Source of the DNA: Phoronis australis | Taxonomy: Eukaryota; Animalia; Phoronida | Length of the DNA stretch: 64,000 nucleotides | Assembly (NCBI GenBank): GCA_002633005.1 | Contig: NMRA01000466.1 | Coordinates: 286,633-350,632, forward strand | Reading direction: 5' to 3' | In this document: piece after piece, positions 51,901 to 60,900 of the stretch | Position numbering within the stretch: position 1 is the stretch's first letter | Layout of the letters: each line of letters starts with the position of its first letter | Notes under the pieces: generated by a model | The model's input: the letters and a program-made list of their open reading frames with translations, nothing else | Told to the model about the DNA's origin: nothing | Databases searched by the model: none | Program-made: the position numbers and the translations under genes

Positions 51901-54900
51901 GTAGTGGCAAATTTAGTTTTTTACCCTTACCTCTGTATCTTTGGATGTCCTCAACGTATTTTCACGAAACTTGGATATAGGCATCTATTAGTGAGCTGAC
52001 ACGATCTTCTCGTTTTTGTGCTGATGTGGCAATGCAATGCCAATGGCCGTGTTTAAATTTTGTTTGTATCTAGAAATGGAACAAAATTTTGCCTGTAAAA
52101 TGTACGGTATGATTTTAGTTGGAAAGAGAAACGTTGTATTTGCTCAATAATTTATGTTAATTTGCATAGACTTGAAGGTACTAATTAACCTATACTTTGG
52201 TATTCATGAATATAATAACAATCCTTGCATGGCTCTAGCCATACCCCGGAATAAATTGATATAAGATAAAATACCTATGACCTGTGCTCTATATGCGTCA
52301 AAATCTCCTGACTTAAAGCTCCGTGAACAACAGATCAAACACATGTGTATTCGGTAACTTTATTTTGTTCAAAATCGTATTGCCACCTCCGAATGTTTCT
52401 CTAACACTAAATAATCCTTTTAGATGTCGACGAGTGTTCAACAGGAACCGATAATTGTCATTCTAACGCCACTTGTACAAATTCCGTCGGCAGTTTTACG
52501 TGTGCTTGCATTGACGGCTACGAAGGAGATGGGGTGAATTGTACCGGTATGAACGCATTACGTCTTGTTTTTTTATTTAGCTACGTTATTTCTACATAAC
52601 TGTCACGTTAGGCTGCTTTTCAAGATGTAAACTTAATGATAGACTTTCTTACGACTTGCTTTTAAAAAGTATTGAACATTAGAGTATTGTTCACAACTTA
52701 AATGACCATGTATTGTTTAAAGTTGTCTTTCATGGTCATTGCTTAACCGATATTATTGTACATGTATGAAATAAGCAAAGAAAATTCAGGAACCCCAGTT
52801 GGGGTTCCTGATTTTTCTGTATTTATTTGATATATTTCTCTACTGGCCAACCTAAGCGTCTCTATATTCACTATATCTAATTAACACATTACTGGTAAAT
52901 TGCTGATTGTACATATAATTGTCTAAATCCCGTGTGAAAAAGGCGAAACACCGCTCATGGGACGTATGACTTAACAGTTGGCTGTAAACAGTATTTGCAC
53001 AGATATCGGATCCTCAGTAACTCAGTGGTTAGAGCACTAGACCGGCAATCTGGTTCGTTTCCAATTTGGGGTTCCTGATTTTTCTATCTTTATTTGATAT
53101 AGTTCACTACTGGCCAACCTCAGTGTCTATATATTTATTGCACATGTGTGTTGAGAGTGGTTTGATGTAACAATTAGCAACAATATTTCTAGGTAGCTGT
53201 TACGTTAGGCTGCTTTTCAAGTTTGAAAGTGAATGATAGAATTTTATAACGAGTTTGTTTTATTTATATTGTTTAAAATGTCTTTCACTGTAATTGCTGT
53301 ACATTTTACATGGTTGTTGAGATTAGTACGATGTGACTTCTTGTTTTTGATGATTTGCCATGTAAATTCACATTGTTGTTGGCCATCCTTATTTCCAGAT
53401 ATCGATGAGTGCATCGAAGGAACAGCAGGCTGTCATCCCAATGCTACCTGTTCTAATACCATAGGTTCTTTTACGTGTACATGTGACATCGGTTACGAAG
53501 GCGATGGATTTAACTGTACAGGTAAGCAGTTTGAACTAGGCGGGTTAACTTCATAAGCTGCTCTCAGGTTAAATGGTCACGGTGTTATTATCCCCAGATA
53601 ATGTATGTTTCTCGGTTTATAGCTGCACAGAAAATTATATTTGCACAGAAAATATTTTTCTGTTTACCTGATACATAAAAAATTCAAAACGGGACTTCGA
53701 CCAAATTTTCAAAAAATGTACATATACAGTAGTTACAACTTAGCTTATCACATATCTTCGCGGGTTTGTGTTATTCGGTCATAATTTTTCACAGTCTGAC
53801 CTTGATGGGGAGTCGCTCTTCTGCGCAAAACTCTTTTTCATGCGCCCACATAATTGTATTTGTGGGGGGAACATTGCCGTCATCGCTGTCTGTCCAGTCG
53901 TGCGGGCATCCGGCGTCCGACGTCCACAGCTGCATCTCCAAAACCCATCACAGTATCTTAATGAGATTTCGCACCTGTGTTTTTATGAAGCTGTTGACGG
54001 ATGGCGACGAATTTTGGCCCTCTCCCATTACCGGTGTGCCCCCTAGTGGCAGTTTAATTTTTAATGCTTACTCCCGTACCTTCGGAAGTCCTCAACGCAT
54101 TTTCATATAATTTGAAATATAGGCCACTAATAGTGAGATGACACGATCTTCACGTTTTCGGATGGATTCCACCTAATTTGCGCCAAGTGGTGGACATTTT
54201 TACTGTGTTTGGGTCNAAATTCCGTCGGCAGTTTTACGTGTGCTTGCATTGACGGCTACGAAGGAGATGGGGTGAATTGTACCGGTATGAACACATTACT
54301 TCTTGTTTTTGTATTTAGCTTCGTTATTTCTACATAACTGTCACATTAGACTGCTTTTCAAGATATAAACTGAATGATAGACTTTCTTACGACTTGCTTT
54401 TAAAAAGTATTGAACATTAGAATATTGTTCACAACTTAAATGACCATGTATTGTTTAAAGTTGTCTTTCATGGTCATTGCTTAACCGATATTTTTGTACA
54501 TGTATCAAATAAACAAAGAAAATTCAGGAACCCAAGTTGGGTTTCTCGATTTTTCTACTGGCCAACCTAAACGTCTCTATATTCACTATATCTAATTAAC
54601 ACATTACTGGTAAATTGCTGATTGTACATATAATTGTCTAAATCCCGTGTGAAAAAGGCGAAACGCCGCTCATGGGACGTATGACTTAACAGTTGGCTGT
54701 AAACAGTATTTGCACAGATATCGGATCCTCAGTAACTCAGTGGTGAGAGCACTAGACCGGCGATCTGGTTCGTTTCCAATTTGGGGTTCCTGATTTTTCT
54801 ATCTTTATTTGATATATTTCACTACTGGCCAACCTCAGCGTCTATATATTTATTGCAAATGTGTGTTGAGAGTGGTTTGATGTAACAATTAGCAACAATA

Positions 54901-57900
54901 TTTCTAGGTAGCTGTTACGTTAGGCTGCTTTTCAAGTTTGAAAGTGAATGATAGAATTTCATAACGAGTTTCTTTTATTTATATTGTTTAAAATGTCTTT
55001 CACTGTAATTGCTGTACATTTTACATGGTTGTTGAGATTAGTACGATGTGACTTCTTGTTTTTGATGATTTGCCATGTAAATTCACGCTGTTGTTGGCCA
55101 TACTTATTTCCAGATATCGATGAGTGCATCGAAGGAACAGCAGGCTGTCATCCCAATGCTACCTGTTCTAATACCATAGGTTCTTTTACGTGTACATGTG
55201 ACATCGGTTACGAAGGCGACGGATTTAACTGTACAGGTAAGCAGTTTGAACTAGGCGGGTTAACTTCATAAGCTGCTCTCAGGTTAAATGGTCACGGTGT
55301 TGTTATCCCCAGATAATGATTGTATGTTTCTCGGTTTATAGCTGCACAGAAAATTATATTTGCACAGAAAATATTTTTCTGTTTACCTGATACATCAAAA
55401 TTCAAAACGGGACTTCGACCAAATTTTCAAAAAATGTAAATATACAGTAGTTATAACTTAGCTTATCACATATCTTCGTGGGTTTGTGTTATTCGGTCAT
55501 AATTTTTCACGGTCTGATCTTGATGGGGAGTCGCTCTTCTGCGCAAAACTCTTTTTCATGCGCCCACATATTTGTATTTGTGGGGGGAGCATTGCCGTCA
55601 TCGCTGTCTGTCCAGTCGTGCGGGCATCCGTCGTCCGGCGTCCGACGTCCGCAGCTGCATCTCCAAAACCCATCACAGTATCTTAATGAGATTTCGCACC
55701 TGTGTTTTTATGAAGCTGTTGACGGATGGCGACGAATTTTGGACCTCTCCCATTACCGGTGTGCCCCCTAGTCGCAGTTTAATTTTTAACGCTTACTACC
55801 GTACCTTCGGAAGTCCTCAACGCATTTTCATATAATTTGAAATATAGGCCACTAATAGTGAGATGACACGATCTTCACGTTTTCGGATGGATTCCACCTA
55901 ATTTGCGCCAACTGGTGGACATTTTTACTGTGTTTGGGTCTGCTTTTTGGTGTCCATTCCTCTATCAGCCAAACCGCTGTAGAAATTGGCATGTATATTC
56001 TTATTATAGAGCGGCTGGCTGACAATAAGTTTCTGACAACGTTGACTACTGAGGCGCCTCCTAGTGGCAGTTTTGTATTTTTACGTCCATGGTTGCATCT
56101 CCGAAATCGTTTGTAGGATCTTTACTAAATTTTGCAAGTGTATTTATATGATGTTGGCAACGGACAATGATGACTTTCGCACGGATCGAAGTACGGTGCG
56201 CCTCCTAGAGGCAATTTTAGTTTTTTTACATTCGCCTTTGTATTTTCAAAGGTCCTCAACTTGTTTTCATAGAGTTTGGAAGAATGTAGGCATTTATTGG
56301 TGAGGTGACGTTATCTTCCCGTTTTCAGATGGATTCGAGGTATTTTGAGCCACCTAGTAGCCATTTTTTTGTTTTCTAGTGTGTTTTTTGGCGTCCACCC
56401 CTCTATCAACCAAACCATTCTAAGGATGATTTTGAAAATAGGCGTGTATGTTCTTAGTGTGAGGAGGACAGTTACGCTGACAACTTCGATTACTGCGGCA
56501 CCTCCTAGTGGTGGTTTCGTTTTCTTTGTGGCCATAGCTGTATTTTCTAAAACCACACCAGGATCTTTATTAAATTTAGTAAGTATATGAAGCTCACAAT
56601 AGACGAATCTGAGGCAGATGCTGTGCCCCCTGGTGGCAGTTTTTTCCGTTTTCAATTTTTTCTCTGAAATTTGGTAAATAACTATCTGTTAAAGAAGGGA
56701 TGGTATGTTCCGTTTTCAGATGCATGGGAAGGTTTGTGCCATCTAATGGCCATTTTTATGATACAAATGAACAACTCTAGAAGCACACCGTTTGCTGTGC
56801 ACTCGTGGGCTCATTTCAACGTTCCACATGGCTCTTGTACTTTTGAAATGACATTTAACAAACTTTCAACCGTCTATCCTCTCCAATGCAGTATCGTTAG
56901 GTATTATCTTCAGGGTGTTATTCAACCTCACTTGTATTTCCTGAAATGTTACCTGTTCACTATGTTTACGTTTCCATGAAAGATTCAGGAAAATCCTTCC
57001 GTTTACAAGTACCGCCACCTTACGATGTTGGCCTTGTACAAGTTATTTGAAGTTTACTGAAATTCTACGTATTCTTATTTGTACTGATCAGTGTGTTTAA
57101 TTGACTTGCTCTGGGCAAAGCCCCTTTTAATATTTTTATAATGAAATATCCCGCACAATTGATATACATACCCAGAAAGCGCCAATAGGCATTGTATCTG
57201 GGTTAAAAACATACATGTACACAGAAATATGTACACTTAAACACAATTACATGAATTAAAAACTGATGCTAAGATTACAATGACATGTGATTAAGAATGT
57301 AAATAAATTATTTTCATACAAAATAATTTATTCTACATGTACAATTCATCGGCTCACACGTAGAGACTTAACATTAAAAAGAAATGTTGATACTAATTCG
57401 AATGAAACTTTATTTTCTCTTGGGCAAACCCCTTAACAGATTCAAATGTAATTTCCACAATGCTTTCAAAAATCCACAGTAACGAAATGCCAAAGCGGAT
57501 ATTATTATCATTACTTTTCGGTTGGACTGTCACTTCAAATAGTGTTTGCGAACCCACCGTTTTAGACGAGATATCAACTTAACTATTGAAAAATGCGTGC
57601 ATGGTGTCGTTGCAACTTCGTCGAAATTGACATTTTCCGAAATTTTGATCTGCAATTGATTTTCATGCTCCAATATACGAAAATAATGTTCTCTACGCAA
57701 ATCCATCTGCCTTTCAGAGGTACATGTAACTTAAACACAATAAATTCGAATTTTCGTTCAACAAAGGATGTTTACCGTACCAAACATAGTCAGCATCTTA
57801 CATTGTAATTCTAGCAAGTTCAACTGACTCTTTTCCTGACTATAGATTTACAGGGTTTCAGAGGACTTAAAGCTCCTTCAGGTGGCACCACCAAAAATGT

Positions 57901-60900
57901 AGAAATAACGAGCATTTCTAACAATACAAAACAGCGCTGATGTGGATACTTCATTTGTGGTTTAAAGTCGAAGTGCCATGAATTGGTACCGGAAATCAAT
58001 ATTACTGATAACTTTGTTCGTGTGATTTTGTTTGGTGAAAGGAAAGATGCATTTGCCCACTAATTAATTTTGATTTGAACTGACCAATGAAGTTGATAAT
58101 CAAACCCTGTTTCATAATTACGAAAATGCAGTGACAAGTCTGCGTGAATTAGTGTAAATTAGTATAAATCAGTATAAATGAAAATCCCAATGATTTATGG
58201 GTCATCCCCTCATCAAGTCCTGCAGCGAAGGTCAGCATTCAGTAACCTCATTTGTAAAAAAAAAAAAAATTGTCTTCTCCATATGTGTCGCTGACAATAT
58301 TTGATACTTTCAGATATCGACGAGTGTTCAACAGAAACTGACAATTGCCATTCTAACGCCACTTGTACAAATTCCATCGGCAGTTTTATTTGTGAGTGCA
58401 TTGATGGATACGAAGGAGATGGAGTCAACTGCACCGGTATGAACATATTGAGTCTCGTTTTCGTAATAACGCCTTTAGTTCTCGATGACTGACGTAATGT
58501 TGCCTCTCAACATGTAAACTAGTTCATACAAACCTCTCACTTGCGTGTTTTAAGGGAATAATCAACATTTCTGCATATTTTTTCACAGATTCTATATTCA
58601 CATATTTGCTCAAAATTATCTTTCACTTTCTTTGGTACTGAAAACATTCCCTGGGTGTTGCGAGTTGTTTGATGTGACATTTACTGTTCTTCAATTACGT
58701 GGCCTTTATTTTTCTTGGTAGCAGAAACCCCAGGTCCCCTTGTCTGTTTAAACTGGGATTCTCCTCTAGTCCACGTGCTGCTTCCTTAATCCTCGCCTGA
58801 ACCAGTTTTCTCCCCCATCTAGAATTGTAATATCCTACGTCACGGAGAAAGAATGGTCCGTACCAGCCATGTGAGTGGATGACTGGACGTTTTAAGGCAT
58901 GAATTGAGATTTTTGATTGAGAATTTAAACAAAATATTTAAACGTTGAAAGTGGACAGGAGGAAAGCATTTGAACTCTGCTGTTGGATAAAATGTGATTC
59001 TCTGGTTATCCTAGACAAGTTTTGAAGCTAACCAGTTTCCCAAAGGTTCTAATTAACTACATTGTATGCGTGTCACAATCCCCAAGGGAAGTTCGCGTTT
59101 CCTTCGTATAAATGGGTAAATAAAACAAGAATGGATCAACTGAAATTTTCGGATGTAATAACGTCCTTTGTCAACAGAAACAGAAATAAAGTAAAATTAA
59201 ACACTTTCGTGTAAAGAAAGCTGCTCTTCCCCTTCACATAACGGTCACGGCCAAAGCGGTTCAAAACTATCGTTCATCTTACTCCTGAGTTACAAATTGT
59301 ATTCTGGAGAAAGGTGCCATTCCGTCGGCAATCCCCTTATCTGCTTCGTCACCACCTGCTTGGAGTGCTTGACAACACATCTGATTTTTCATCGGTTAGA
59401 TAGAGAAAGGCACAGTCAGCGCGAACACGTCATGCCTGATTTAACAGGAGTAAAACAGAAGAAGCCTAGACCATGTTCACACATTGCACAATACAAGGTA
59501 GCAGGATATTGTTTAGGTCGCGAACGTCAGTGTTAGAGTGACGGGTGCATGGGAAATTAGAACCTACTAGGCGCATTTGCAAATATGAAGGCTGACCATG
59601 AAATTATTTGTTAAACGTAATAAAAGAAATTATTTCAAGGAAATCAAATGTACTTCACGATGGTAATTGCTATACCTTAGGTATAGAAAAGGAAAGCAAA
59701 CGCGCTAAATTTTGGGTAGGCACCCACTGTGCGAAACTTGCGCAGCGATTCTACTCAGCTTTGGCTAAGTTAAACGGGATCCAAAGCAAATCAGTTTAAT
59801 AAAAATTTTAAACCGTCATAGCAAATTTCCATTGATGTCGTTTGTGAATAGAACCTGAAAGGGTACTAAACCCTATTTGCCTATGAAGAGACGTAAAATG
59901 ACTTTCCCATTTATTTCTCAGAACTAAAACCATGCTGCTTAACCCTAAAAGTTTGGAGCAAATACTGAAAACTTCTTTTAAAGCCTACTAAACGGGTAAG
60001 CGTGACTTACGTTTCAGACGAGTTATACGACAACAACCAAGATCCATAATATCTAATATGTTTAAAAAAGAGTTGTAGTAGTATTCTTCCTTGGCTTTTC
60101 AAGTGAGACCCCAAAGATGTGTTAGCAGCTGACAGGTCGAGGACTGTTTGAAGTCAACAAAACAAGATTTAGTTTTTTAAACAAAGAACGTACTGGAGAG
60201 TTTCGGCGACGACTAACGAGTGCAGTGTTTTTTTCAGATATTGACGAGTGCTTGATTGGAACTCATAACTGCAGCATATTTGCTTATTGCAATAATACGC
60301 AGGGTAGTTATGAATGTGAATGTATGGACACTCACTTCGGAGATGGATTTCTTTGTAAAGGTAATGCACACACTCTTGTTTATGGAATATATTTTATTTA
60401 GAATGCCAGGAGCTAGGCGAATACGAGTTTGTAACCATCATTTTCACAAAATCAAGAGATTGTAAAAAATGTCATAAAAGACTTAAAATTGGGCAAGTAG
60501 AATTTCTGTAAATTTTGAACATTAATGTTTGTCCTTTTGCTTCTCTGTTCTTACATATCGCCAATGTTTTTGAGTGAGCAATGGCATTTTTGAGTTCTCC
60601 ATCAGGAAGTAAAATTCTTTGCAATGGATTCATACAGGTATAGCCTATGGAAGACAAAGTGCACACTGGACTTCCCATCCAGAAATCCCCCAAAATGCCT
60701 GCTGGCAGAGATAGCCTTGGGTGCAAAACTAGCCTACATGCAAATGAATATACATCTTTGTAAAACGCTGGCCCAACCTTTCTTATGCAAAAGCGAGGCT
60801 ATTAAAACTGCATTCTTTCTTAAATAAAAAATAATTACCAGTGGTTTTATCATCATTCTGATGCTAATCTGTGGGCCTCTCGCCGTGAATTAAATCGGCA

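Larger units (their letters stand above)
44250..58700 (+). repeat. Two-exon (X-Y)n tandem duplication array
   Basis: Alternating X and Y exons with homologous flanking introns (ctaaataatcctttcag before X2-X4; gtaagcagtttgaactagg after Y). Confidence 0.88.

Noticed and set aside
53005-53070. tRNA gene
   Set aside because: Only D-arm/anticodon-like part present; T arm and acceptor stem broken
3365-60360. Calling the gene fibrillin, Notch or fibropellin
   Set aside because: No TB, LNR/ankyrin, CUB or avidin exons seen; orthology cannot be established by eye
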